Assembly: GCA_964508155.1 (NCBI GenBank)
Contig: CAZDRE010000008.1
Location: 10,910-74,909 of the forward strand
From: an uncultured Candidatus Bathyarchaeia archaeon
GTDB taxonomy: Archaea; Thermoproteota; Bathyarchaeia; Bathyarchaeales; DTEX01
Reading direction: 5' to 3'
Length of the DNA: 64,000 nt
Positions 29,488 through 39,176 of this stretch are shown here, piece by piece; within the stretch, counting starts at the first letter, position 1, and the number at the start of each line of letters is the position of its first letter. Under the pieces are notes generated by a model. That model was not told where the DNA came from. It worked only from the letters and a program-made list of their open reading frames with translations, and did not search any database. Both the position numbers and the translations under genes were made by a program.

Positions 29488-30357
29488 TTGGAGGCCCGTT
29501 TGATGTTGAGGTCGATTCTACGCGAGAGGCTGATGGATTTTCTCAGAGAAGATGTTGGGATGGGGGACTTAACGACCGAGGCTGTGGTTCCGGCTGAGGT
29601 TAGGGTTGAGGCGCATATAGTAGTGAATGAACCCGCAGTTATCGCTGGCTTATATGAGACTTCAGTCCTCTTTGAGATTGTGGAGGCCGAGTTTAAGGCT
29701 GAAGTTGAGGATGGAGCTGAGGTTTCAGCGGGAACAATCATAGCCGAGATTAATGGGTCAGGTCGGGCGATACTCTCCGCGGAGAGGACTGCGCTTAACA
29801 TTCTGATGAGGATGAGCGGAATAGCGACTCTCACGAGAAAACTTGTCAGCATGATCCGCAGGGAGGGATTAGATGTAAGTGTAGCGGCGACGAGGAAGAC
29901 GGCGCCCGGCCTGAGATACTTCGATAAGAGAGCCGTCGCTATTGGGGGAGGCGACCCCCATAGATTTAGGCTTGATGATGCTATTCTAATAAAGGATAAT
30001 CACATTAGGATTACTGGCGGCATAGGTGAGGCGATTAGGAGGGCACGCTCGGCTATTAGCTTCTCAAAGAAACTGGAGGTTGAGGTCAAAACTGCATATG
30101 AGGCCTTGGAGGCAGCTAAGGCCGGAGCCGACATAATAATGCTTGATAATATGTCGGTTGGTGAGGTTGAGGAGGCGATTAGGAGTTTAAGGGATGAGGG
30201 ATTAAGGGATAGGGTTCTCATAGAGGTTTCCGGCGGGATAGATGAGGGAAATATCCTTGAGTATGCAAGGTTGAAGCCGGATGTGATCTCTTTGGGCTTC
30301 TTGACCCATTCGGTTAGGGCGGTGGATATGAGCCTTGAGATTAATAGGGTCTATTAG
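29488..30357 (+). CDS. nadC: Quinolinate phosphoribosyltransferase
   Basis: ATRKTAPG, HRFRLDD, IKDNH, EVE, MLDN, SGGI. Confidence 0.95.
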   Translation: MEARLMLRSILRERLMDFLREDVGMGDLTTEAVVPAEVRVEAHIVVNEPAVIAGLYETSVLFEIVEAEFKAEVEDGAEVSAGTIIAEINGSGRAILSAERTALNILMRMSGIATLTRKLVSMIRREGLDVSVAATRKTAPGLRYFDKRAVAIGGGDPHRFRLDDAILIKDNHIRITGGIGEAIRRARSAISFSKKLEVEVKTAYEALEAAKAGADIIMLDNMSVGEVEEAIRSLRDEGLRDRVLIEVSGGIDEGNILEYARLKPDVISLGFLTHSVRAVDMSLEINRVY

Positions 30358-31579
30358 GGACTAATCGTGCTAGTCGCCTCACGGATTCCATCACTACGCC
30401 CGCGGGAGCATCGGTCTTTATTCCACATGGATGGAAATGCGTCGGCCATACCTTAAAGCCCTTCTGAACAAGTCTCTTCATAACCCTCTCCCTCGACGGA
30501 ACCGTTAAGCCAAGCTTATCGCTTATCTTATCTATAACAAAATATGTTGCAGGCGCATCAGCCTCGGCCTTCACAAGGGAGATTATCCTCTTAGCCCTTG
30601 CATCGATCTTCCTATTTAGTAGAGCCTTATTCTCCATACGTTCGCAGAACGCCGCATCAGATAGTCTTCCAAGCCAGAGAGGGCCTGCGGTCTTCATGGG
30701 AGAGCCGCATTCGCTACATTTACCATTTAGGAGTGGAGCTATGCCTTGAACTGTCTCCCTGTGGAAGCAGTTAAAGCAGTGTAGGATGTATCCAATCTGC
30801 CTTATGCTCTTGTCGGCATTCCCCGCTCCTCGAATCATCTGCGCATAAGCCCTAACGTAATGGTTCGTTTTATGACTGAAAAGTATTTTGATGCCGATCT
30901 CATATTTCGCGGCTGTCATCGCCAGGGCTCCTATTAGAAGCCTCAATGCTATCTCATGGCAATACTCTGTTCTGAGAGGTACGCCTCCATACTTCCTCAA
31001 TGCCACCCTCGGATGAACGCCGCATAGCGGAGCCATATCAGTAGCCGTCAATGCCAAGAGACCCTCGTTCTTCAACGCTCTTATTGCGGAGTCGAGGAAG
31101 CAGACTGGAGAGCCGAACGGATCTAAATCAATGAAGTCGAATCTTTTATTTGGAGCCGCATGTCTGCTCAGGAATAGGTTTGCGTCCTCATTTACGACTG
31201 TAACTCTACCTCTCAAACCGTTCATCTCGACGTTGTAATCGGCCATCTTATGGGCTAATGGATTAATATCATTCATGTAGACATGCTCAACTCCATCTGC
31301 CTCCAAGGCGAATCTAATCCCCCTAACGCCGCAGCCTGCAAGGGGCTCCGCAATCACTATTCCCCTACCAATCATCTCCTGAAAGACCTGAACTGCGATG
31401 ACGGCGATATCCCTATTCAGCCTCATAACAGGATTATAGAATACCGGAGCTTTGCATGGAGCGTACTCCCAGGGCGCCCTCTTGAATGCGCTTAACTTCG
31501 GAACAGCCAGAACAGCCTCTCCTTCCCTGATAACCTCACATGGAAAGTCAAACTGCATGACCATCAGTCTCAAGATCAA
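30341..31579 (-). CDS. trm1: tRNA (guanine-N2,N2)-dimethyltransferase
   Basis: VFYNPVM..NRD, GVRGIRF, DLDPFGSP, TATD, Zn CxxC pairs, GPLWLG. Confidence 0.93.
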   Translation of the reverse strand: MILRLMVMQFDFPCEVIREGEAVLAVPKLSAFKRAPWEYAPCKAPVFYNPVMRLNRDIAVIAVQVFQEMIGRGIVIAEPLAGCGVRGIRFALEADGVEHVYMNDINPLAHKMADYNVEMNGLRGRVTVVNEDANLFLSRHAAPNKRFDFIDLDPFGSPVCFLDSAIRALKNEGLLALTATDMAPLCGVHPRVALRKYGGVPLRTEYCHEIALRLLIGALAMTAAKYEIGIKILFSHKTNHYVRAYAQMIRGAGNADKSIRQIGYILHCFNCFHRETVQGIAPLLNGKCSECGSPMKTAGPLWLGRLSDAAFCERMENKALLNRKIDARAKRIISLVKAEADAPATYFVIDKISDKLGLTVPSRERVMKRLVQKGFKVWPTHFHPCGIKTDAPAGVVMESVRRLARLVPNRPY

Positions 31580-31680
31580 AACGGAATAATTAAAACTTAG
31601 GCTTTCAAGATAAAATCGACTCGTAGCGATTCATAAGTAAAAATAATTGTTTCCTCCGCACTTAGACTCATCCAGTAATA

Positions 31681-31929
31681 TCAGTAGATTCCATGATACA
31701 TGATGGAGGAAATATTTAGATTATGGCCGCTTACGTTTTCTACTCTCGTATTAAAAATGAGGCTCTTCCTCTTAAAGGAGGAATGGTAACCTCCAACTTG
31801 ATAATTTTGCTCTAATATTAATACTTGGTATACTCTCTTTGAGAGTAGGGCTTCACATCTTAATCCGCCTATACCAGGGCCGATTATGACATCATATTCG
31901 CCTTCTCTCTTTAGCCTTTTAGGATTCAC
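31681..31929 (-). pseudogene. N-terminal fragment of a phytoene-desaturase-like FAD oxidoreductase
   Basis: YDVIIGPGIGGL...VLILEQNYQVGG...F: degraded Rossmann N-terminus, truncated at 82 aa, AT-rich. Confidence 0.65.
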
Positions 31930-32461
31930 CTTAACACTTCAATCGTATTTCCTAGATTCTCTCGTTGCAAAGCTGCTGGCGCTTTTATGGGGAAAACTAC
32001 AGAATATTATGCCCATACACCTGTAATTACATTATTAATGACTAAGAATGATCTCTCCTTCCAACAAGCTTCAGGATAATCCTTTTTAGGCTTAGAATGT
32101 ATAGGGCTGCTTGATGATCAAGGAAAAAGAGCCTTTATAAATAAGGCGAGGAACCATGAGGAACCCGCTCTTTTCAATGAAAATGTTCAGGTTGAAGATG
32201 AATGTAGCGTCAGCAGTCATGATAAAGTATAGAAGAGAGGTAACATCCATAAGATTGAAGTCTTTTTAATCTGGGGAACCATGAGTAGTAGAGTAATATT
32301 GAGGGGGATAATTACCCCTAACACATTTTTCAGCTACATAAAATCCAGTAAATGATCCACGGAATACAAAATGTAAAGAATATCTAGTATCTTTCTATTT
32401 TTCACATCATAATCGCTCTCTTGAGGTTTAAATTTTTCTAAAAATGGCCATGTATGAATTT

Positions 32462-32527
32462 AATGTGCAAAAATGCACATTCATGTCAGAAAATGCTCAT
32501 CAATGTGCATTTTTGCATCGATGAGCA
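32462..32527. promoter_or_regulatory. Palindromic operator-like array upstream of the 32668 gene
   Basis: AATGTGCA-N4-TGCACATT at 32462-32481; second near-copy at 32502-32521; TGCTCATC/GATGAGCA arms. Confidence 0.55.
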
Positions 32528-32667
32528 GAAATTGACGTCCCCCTCATATACAATTTTTCCACGCGCACAAGAGCTTAACGCCATTTTTACGTTCCGTCTT
32601 CTCCGCGATATCTTTTTTTGCGGAAAGGAATTTACTATGTAATAGGTGTGCCCGGAAGGTATTCACG

Positions 32668-33630
32668 GTGAGATTTGAGGAGATAGGCTGGAACGGCTTC
32701 TTAATAAGGGTTCCAGAGGATATGCATCTTACGCGTCAGGGCGGAGACGCGAATAAGGGAACATTCATAATAGAGTCTGAGGATTCCTTCATAGAGTTCT
32801 ATTGGAATCCAGCACCTAATAGGCAGGTGCCTCTACTCTCCATTGTCGATCAAATCACGGATCGAATAGAGAGGGAGGTTAAAAAGAAGAGGTTGAAGTT
32901 TACAACTGAGAGAAGCGACACGATCATAAATGATCACAAGGCCGTCTACCTGCTCCTAAATTACGGGATTGAAGAGAGATACTATGTCTGGCATTGCCCC
33001 GAGAGCAAGAGGATAATAGCCGTCCGCCTAATCTTCAAAACATACGGGGAGAGGGAGAGGAACATAGTTAAGCATCTCATGGGAACGATCAAGTGCCACA
33101 TGGATGGTGATAACGTTTGGTCCCTAATGAAGGTCCGCTTCAAAGCTCCAAAATCCTTCCTTTTAAGATCAGCCGAGTTCAGCGTTGGGAGATCACACAT
33201 CGAACTGGCTGAGAGCAAGATCTCTATGCTTGAAGACTTCGGAAGGATGATCTATGTATGCTATTTCCCCCTAGCAAATGTCAGATTTAAGGACACATAC
33301 AATGACCCTGAAAAATGGTTTGATAACGTATACTTAAGGGACTTCAAGAGGATCCTCAGGAAGCGAAAGGTGAACTTCGAATTTAAGGATAAAGCCGAGA
33401 TCATGGGGCATGAGGCCATAATAAAGCAGGCTGAGATAACATCTGGACTCTTCACGAGAACATCCGGATTATGCTCAGCCGCCTTCTGGTATTGCTCAGA
33501 GACGAACAGGATGTATTTCGTCGCCCTAAACACTCACGTCAGCAAACCGGTGATCCTCAAGAGGAGAATTGAAAGGACAGAGCATGAAAGATTGTTCGGC
33601 AGGATACTCAAGTCCATCCAATGCCACTAA
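32668..33630 (+). CDS. Hypothetical protein with two similar beta-rich halves
   Basis: 320-aa ORF; repeated (V/F)W(H/Y)C(P/S)E(S/T)xR motif (VWHCPESKR, FWYCSETNR) and S/T-I-x-CH ends. Confidence 0.75.
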   Translation: MRFEEIGWNGFLIRVPEDMHLTRQGGDANKGTFIIESEDSFIEFYWNPAPNRQVPLLSIVDQITDRIEREVKKKRLKFTTERSDTIINDHKAVYLLLNYGIEERYYVWHCPESKRIIAVRLIFKTYGERERNIVKHLMGTIKCHMDGDNVWSLMKVRFKAPKSFLLRSAEFSVGRSHIELAESKISMLEDFGRMIYVCYFPLANVRFKDTYNDPEKWFDNVYLRDFKRILRKRKVNFEFKDKAEIMGHEAIIKQAEITSGLFTRTSGLCSAAFWYCSETNRMYFVALNTHVSKPVILKRRIERTEHERLFGRILKSIQCH

Positions 33631-33641
33631 TCAGACGGCAA

Positions 33642-34511
33642 CTACAACTTATGAATTATCGGATTGGATCTATTCAACTTCGTATATGATCTTCTCGGCC
33701 TCCTCAGTGATCTTACGTTACGCCTTATCCTCCTCCAAGCCATATATTTCGATGCAAGCCTTAATAGTGAGTCCCTGTGTGAGTGATATACATCAAATTG
33801 GGGCTCGACGATTAGCTTATAGCCCCTTGCAAGCATCTCTAAGGCCCAATCATAATCTTCACCGCCGAACCTCCCCGCATTCTCTATGATCTCAGGCATC
33901 CTCTCATCGAATGGATATTCCATCCACAATGACCTTCTCAGGATGCAGTTCGTCGTCGCGAAGAAATTATCCCTCATATAGGCTCCGCTCTTCTCCTTCA
34001 ACCTTCTCCAGCAAATGTCAAAGCCTAGCTTCTCCCATACTGAGCCATAATCATGCGGAAGAATATATCCGGATACGCCAGCAACATCCCGATCAGCGAA
34101 GTGCATAACTCCGCTTTCAAGCCACCTCTCAGATATGGGGAGGCAATGACCATTCGTGAGACAGACAAGTTCCGACTTCGACGCCCAAACTCCGAGATTC
34201 GCGGAATAAGCATAAGAGAACTCCCCATCTGGGATTAGAGCGATCTTAACTTGTATGCCATCGAGCAATCTCCGCTTCGCATACTTTAGCAGATTCATCA
34301 TGCCATTCAGTGACCTATGAGAAGAGAAGTTATCGACGACTATTATCTCTGACGGCCTCAGGGTCTGAGATGCCAGGCTACTCAGCAATTCGAGCAGATG
34401 CCTCTCTATATCCCTCGTTCGAATGACAACTGAGACATCCAATCCCATCACCGTAGAATCGAGATTCATATAGAGATTTCGAGGATTCCCTGAGGGATCA
34501 TCTCTGCACAC
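33642..34511 (-). CDS. Glycosyltransferase family 2
   Basis: VSVVIRTRD, EIIVVDNFS, GGEDYDW, VYHSH. Confidence 0.85.
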   Translation of the reverse strand: MCRDDPSGNPRNLYMNLDSTVMGLDVSVVIRTRDIERHLLELLSSLASQTLRPSEIIVVDNFSSHRSLNGMMNLLKYAKRRLLDGIQVKIALIPDGEFSYAYSANLGVWASKSELVCLTNGHCLPISERWLESGVMHFADRDVAGVSGYILPHDYGSVWEKLGFDICWRRLKEKSGAYMRDNFFATTNCILRRSLWMEYPFDERMPEIIENAGRFGGEDYDWALEMLARGYKLIVEPQFDVYHSHRDSLLRLASKYMAWRRIRRNVRSLRRPRRSYTKLNRSNPIIHKL

Positions 34512-34965
34512 TATCCTCCACTCTCATCTTCTTCAGGCGCTCCTCAAGATCCTTTGGGAGGATGAAGCCTATCAATCCACGCTTAACGAGACTATCCAAG
34601 TATCTGTTTAGCGGAACCTCAACCTCCATTGGTAGGAGTTTATATTTCTCGCATAGATGATCAACAATATCCTTCACTGTCCTTTCTCCATCACATAACT
34701 CCCAAACATCAGATCCTATCTCGTCAAGTTGTATACGTCTCTCCTTGGGTTCGGGAAAGAACCTAAAGAGGAAGCCTACCCGCCTAGGCTTTCTCCCCTC
34801 ATCTTGTGATGACGCCTTCTTAAGCGGGATCGTTATGCGCACCTTACCCTCCTCGTCCCTCTTCCATTCAACCATTGGATTCCGCAGAGGCTTTAAACGG
34901 AGAAAATCGCTTCGAGCTAATCTTGGAGCCTTCGGCTTCTTCCGCCTCAGCTTACCGAATATCAT
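34498..34965 (-). CDS. PqqD-family (RiPP recognition element-like) protein
   Basis: LDEIGSDVWELCDGERTVKDIVDHL...YLDSLVKRGLI PqqD signature with N-terminal P.RNP extension. Confidence 0.85.
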   Translation of the reverse strand: MIFGKLRRKKPKAPRLARSDFLRLKPLRNPMVEWKRDEEGKVRITIPLKKASSQDEGRKPRRVGFLFRFFPEPKERRIQLDEIGSDVWELCDGERTVKDIVDHLCEKYKLLPMEVEVPLNRYLDSLVKRGLIGFILPKDLEERLKKMRVEDSVQR

Positions 34966-35128
34966 GTCTCCCTATCCCAAAAATTAGACGGTAGACATCA
35001 TTTAAAAGTTAAGTGGTAAAAGCGAAAAATGCCGTGTTAAACGAGAAACCTTTATCTTCAATAGCCCACTTAAATGGATAGATCAGCCTCCTGAAAGCGC
35101 CGATCAAGGTTGCTGTGGCGATAGATTC

Positions 35129-37006
35129 ATGATAATCTTTCAGCCCTATGGGAGAAGAGTTGAGATCTCAAAGGGAAAGACCATACTGGAGATCGCCAAG
35201 GACGCCGGGATCGGAATAAATGCCATCTGCGGAGGAGAGGGACTCTGCGGAAAATGCAGAGTAATAATCCATGAGGGAGGAGAAAATTTATCGGAGCCTA
35301 CAGAGGCTGAGAGGAGAGCGTTATCCGAGGATGATCTAGCTCGAAACTTCAGGTTGGCATGCCAAGCCAGAATATTGAGGACAGGTCTAATAACAGTTGA
35401 GATCCCGCCTGAAAGCCGAGTTGACAGACAGAAGCTGCTTCTCAGCGGATACGAGAGGAGAATAGAGCCAAGGCCAGCGGTTAGGAGGATACGCATTAAC
35501 CTTAAGAAGCCATCACTGCTGGATGTAAAGGCTGATATTGATAGACTCTTAGAGGCCGTTGAGTCCCAGATAGGATCAGAAGTAAAATTGGATTATGAAG
35601 TTATGAGGATGATCCCGCATCTGCTGAGAGAGGCGGAGTGGCATGTCTCGGCTATCCTATGGAGGGACAGGGAGATAATCTCCGTTGAGTCTGACTCTAC
35701 GGGGCTATACGGCTTCGCCTTAGATATTGGAACGACAAAGCTGGCGGGCTACCTCGTAGATCTGAGTAGTGGAAAGATAATAGCGGCGACGTCGATGATG
35801 AATCCTCAAATAACATACGGAGAGGATGTAATCTCAAGGATAAAATTCGCCTCTGAAGGGGAGGAGAACCTTAAGGCTCTGAGCAGGAGCCTAATTGAAG
35901 GCATCAATAAGATGATAGACAAGTTATGCGGAGAGGCTGGAATATCACATCATAACATCTATGACATGACCGTCGCCGGAAACACGGCCATGCATCACAT
36001 CTTCCTCGGGATCCCACCGAATTATCTCGCGCAGATGCCATATCCAGCTGCTCTACAGTCGCCAATAGACGTAAAGGCAAGGGAGGCTTGCGTAAAGATC
36101 AATTCCGGAGCATATATTCACGTCCTTCCAGTAATAGCCGGATTCGTCGGAGGAGACGCCGTTGCAGATGCATTAGCCACTGAGATCCACAAGGCAAATG
36201 AAGTCTCAATGCTCATCGATATCGGAACGAACACCGAGATCATTCTGGGCGATAAGGAGGATCTCATCGCCTGCTCCTGCGCTTCAGGCCCAGCATTTGA
36301 GGGTGCGCATATAAAGTGTGGAATGAGGGCAAGCAGCGGCGCGATTGAGCATGTATGGATAAAACCCGGCACATTTGAGGTTGGATACAAGACAATAGGC
36401 GATGAGAAGCCACGTGGACTATGCGGATCAGCCGTCATAGACGCAGTCGCCGAGATGCTTAAAGTCGGATTGATAGATTCAAGTGGAAGATTCATCATGG
36501 ATAATGATACCCCGAGATTGAGGGGCAGGGGGAGAAGAGCCGAGTTCGTAATCGCATGGAAGGATGAGACTGCAAGTTCACACGACATAGTTGTGACGCA
36601 GAGAGATATAAGGGAGATTCAGCTGGCAAAGGCTGCAATTTACACTGGCACCTCGATACTGATGAAGCACAGAGGAGTCAAGCCGAGCGATATTCAGAGG
36701 GTTTACCTAGCCGGCGCATTCGGAAATTACATAGACCCTCAAAATGCGAAGATCATCGGAATGTATCCCGACGTGCCCCTGGAGAGGGTTAGGTTTGTAG
36801 GAAACACCGCCGGCTCGGGGGCCAGGGCGGCCTTAATATCAATAGACGCGAGGGAAACAGCTGAACGCATAGCCAAGAAAATAAGATATGTGGAGTTAGG
36901 GGCTGATCCAGCCTTCCAAGATGAGTTTCTTAAGGCGACCTATCTCCCCCACAGGGATCCCGAGAGATTCCCAACGATAATGAATATATTAGAGAGGGGC
37001 TCATAG
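35129..37006 (+). CDS. Reductive activator of corrinoid proteins (RACo/AcsV-type ASKHA ATPase with N-terminal 2Fe-2S domain)
   Basis: CGGEGLCGKC...RLACQ; DIGTT, GEDVISR, DIGTNTE, GPAFEG, QLAKAA, AGAFG. Confidence 0.92.
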   Translation: MIIFQPYGRRVEISKGKTILEIAKDAGIGINAICGGEGLCGKCRVIIHEGGENLSEPTEAERRALSEDDLARNFRLACQARILRTGLITVEIPPESRVDRQKLLLSGYERRIEPRPAVRRIRINLKKPSLLDVKADIDRLLEAVESQIGSEVKLDYEVMRMIPHLLREAEWHVSAILWRDREIISVESDSTGLYGFALDIGTTKLAGYLVDLSSGKIIAATSMMNPQITYGEDVISRIKFASEGEENLKALSRSLIEGINKMIDKLCGEAGISHHNIYDMTVAGNTAMHHIFLGIPPNYLAQMPYPAALQSPIDVKAREACVKINSGAYIHVLPVIAGFVGGDAVADALATEIHKANEVSMLIDIGTNTEIILGDKEDLIACSCASGPAFEGAHIKCGMRASSGAIEHVWIKPGTFEVGYKTIGDEKPRGLCGSAVIDAVAEMLKVGLIDSSGRFIMDNDTPRLRGRGRRAEFVIAWKDETASSHDIVVTQRDIREIQLAKAAIYTGTSILMKHRGVKPSDIQRVYLAGAFGNYIDPQNAKIIGMYPDVPLERVRFVGNTAGSGARAALISIDARETAERIAKKIRYVELGADPAFQDEFLKATYLPHRDPERFPTIMNILERGS

Positions 37007-37010
37007 GCGT

Positions 37011-38024
37011 TTAGTAGCCCATCTTCTCTATGCTCTCCGCAAGCCCCTTCATGTATCCAATCGCAAATACCTTTCCTAGAAGATGATATCCGGGAATCCC
37101 GCCGAATAGATCATCGAACATCATTTTAGGCACGTGATCAGGTCTCATCGGACCCTCAAATCCAACCTCATAGTATGCCTTCATCGCCTCGAACATATCA
37201 ACTCTCCCGGATGGATCGTCATGGAATATCTCTTGGAATCCTCCAGGCTCATGGACTGATCCCTTAACATTCCTGAAGTGAGCGAAGAATATCTTCCCCT
37301 TCTTTCCGAAGTATCTTATAGCCGCTGGCACATCAACTCCCATCTCTGCGAAGCATCCCTGACAGAAGCACATGCCCACATTATCGCTTGGAACGAGGCT
37401 GAAGAGCTTATCGAATGCCTTTATGCTCCTTAGGATTCTCGGGAACCCCTGTATGGGAGAGATCGGAGGATCATCTGGATGGAAGGTTATTATTACACCT
37501 GCCTCCTCAGCCGTTGGAACAACGCCCTTCAGGAAGTATTCCAGATTTCTCCAGATCTCCTCTTCCCTATAGGCGCCAAATTTAACGGTGGGCGGAAAAT
37601 CCTTTATGAGGTCATAATCGAATGCCGTTGAAGTCGCCCCTCCCCTCGTAGGCTTATCAATTTCAGTCCGCCATATCATGTTTGGAACAGGAGGCATGTG
37701 CTGGGGCTTTATAACCTTTATTCCAGCCCTTCCGATGTTCTCAAGGGACTTGCAGAAGTTCTCAAGCTGCTCCTCCTTTCCAGGCAGATCATAAATTATC
37801 TTCTCTATTGGAGGGCCATCCTCTATGACCTCAAGTCTCAACCCATGCTTCTCCACAAGCATCTTAAGCTGAGCCAGATCTCCATACTCCCATACCTCTG
37901 AGCCTCTGGGAAGCCTTGGACCGCGACCTATAACGTCTGTGCAGCCGAGCTGCTTCATCAATATGAGATTATTTGGGTCGTAAACGTCTCCTGGAAGGAT
38001 AACGGCGAATCTCATTCTAACCAT
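37011..38024 (-). CDS. uxuA: Mannonate dehydratase (UxuA family)
   Basis: RGGA, HPDDPP, FCQG, HFRNV, RPDHVP, FAIGYMKGL. Confidence 0.88.
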   Translation of the reverse strand: MVRMRFAVILPGDVYDPNNLILMKQLGCTDVIGRGPRLPRGSEVWEYGDLAQLKMLVEKHGLRLEVIEDGPPIEKIIYDLPGKEEQLENFCKSLENIGRAGIKVIKPQHMPPVPNMIWRTEIDKPTRGGATSTAFDYDLIKDFPPTVKFGAYREEEIWRNLEYFLKGVVPTAEEAGVIITFHPDDPPISPIQGFPRILRSIKAFDKLFSLVPSDNVGMCFCQGCFAEMGVDVPAAIRYFGKKGKIFFAHFRNVKGSVHEPGGFQEIFHDDPSGRVDMFEAMKAYYEVGFEGPMRPDHVPKMMFDDLFGGIPGYHLLGKVFAIGYMKGLAESIEKMGY

Positions 38025-38074
38025 TCTTGATCACGCAATGGTAGGATTCATCCAATAAAGCGATTTCCCAGCCA

Positions 38075-39157
38075 TCATGGAAGCGGCAGAAACTTTATGC
38101 AGACTGGAGTTGGAACCTTAACTTCCTCTCCTGTAGGCTCAAGCAACCCAGTATCCTCATCCAATCTGAAGACGACTATATTATTGCTTTCCTGATTCGC
38201 CGCGAATAGAAACTTTCCATTCGGGTCGATAGCGAAGTTCCGCGGGATCCTTCCACGCGTGGATTCATGCCCGATCATGCTGAGCCTACCGGTCTTCTCA
38301 TCTATATTGTAGATCGCTATGCTATTATGGCCTCTATTTGAGCCGTAGAGGAATCTGCCTGAAGGAGAGACATGTATATCCGCTGGATAATTGGTTCCCT
38401 CATAGCCTTCCGGGAGGGTTGATATCGTCTGTATCGGCTTAAGCCCTCCTGTTTCGCTATCAAATGAGAATGCAGTTATGGTTGAGTCGAGCTCGTTTAT
38501 TACGTATGCGAATCTCCGATTTGGATGAATGGTGAAGTGACGTGGACCAGCCCCGGGATGAGTGGATACCCAAGGCTGATCATTCGGTACGAGCTTCCCC
38601 CTCTCAGAATCAAACTTGTATATCATTATCTTGTCGATTCCTAGATCCGCCACGTAGGCATACCTATTTGAGGGGTCAAGGATGACTGAATGTGCATGTG
38701 GGCCTTCCTGACGCTTCGGATTAACGCTTGAACCTCTATGCTGAACTATGTCTGTGGCGTCTCCGAGGCTTCCATCATCCAGGATAGGCAATACGCATAC
38801 GCTGCCATTAGCGTAATTCGCCGCGAGGACGTATCTTCCCGTTCCATCAACGGTTACGTAGCATGGAGAGGCTCCGCCTGAGGGCTTAGTATTCAAAAGT
38901 GTTAACTCTCCAGTCTCCAAGTTTATGCTGTAGCTGCTGACGGCTCCGGTTCTCTTACCCTCGAATGACCCGACCTCATTAACGACGTATAGATACTGCT
39001 TGTTCGGGGAGACCTCCAGAAACGAGGGGTTTGTTATGTTCGTCGCTTTTCCTATCGGCTCTAGACCTCCAGTATCCTGATCAAGCCTGAAGATGTAGAT
39101 TCCCTCGCTCTCCGCATGAGTGTATGTTCCAACGTAAACGAGGATCCTCTCATACAT
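38075..39157 (-). CDS. pgl: 6-phosphogluconolactonase/lactonase, 7-bladed beta-propeller (YbhE/Pgl family)
   Basis: YVGTYT, NPSF, ANY, PHAH, GAGPRH, SNRGHNS, PRNF. Confidence 0.88.
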   Translation of the reverse strand: MYERILVYVGTYTHAESEGIYIFRLDQDTGGLEPIGKATNITNPSFLEVSPNKQYLYVVNEVGSFEGKRTGAVSSYSINLETGELTLLNTKPSGGASPCYVTVDGTGRYVLAANYANGSVCVLPILDDGSLGDATDIVQHRGSSVNPKRQEGPHAHSVILDPSNRYAYVADLGIDKIMIYKFDSERGKLVPNDQPWVSTHPGAGPRHFTIHPNRRFAYVINELDSTITAFSFDSETGGLKPIQTISTLPEGYEGTNYPADIHVSPSGRFLYGSNRGHNSIAIYNIDEKTGRLSMIGHESTRGRIPRNFAIDPNGKFLFAANQESNNIVVFRLDEDTGLLEPTGEEVKVPTPVCIKFLPLP

Positions 39158-39176
39158 TGATTATCCCCCCGAATCA

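Noticed and set aside
31930-32660. CRISPR array, replication origin or IS element in the AT-rich intergenic region
   Set aside because: No regularly spaced repeats, no recognisable ORB boxes or cdc6, and no transposase; GGAACCATGAG occurs only twice.
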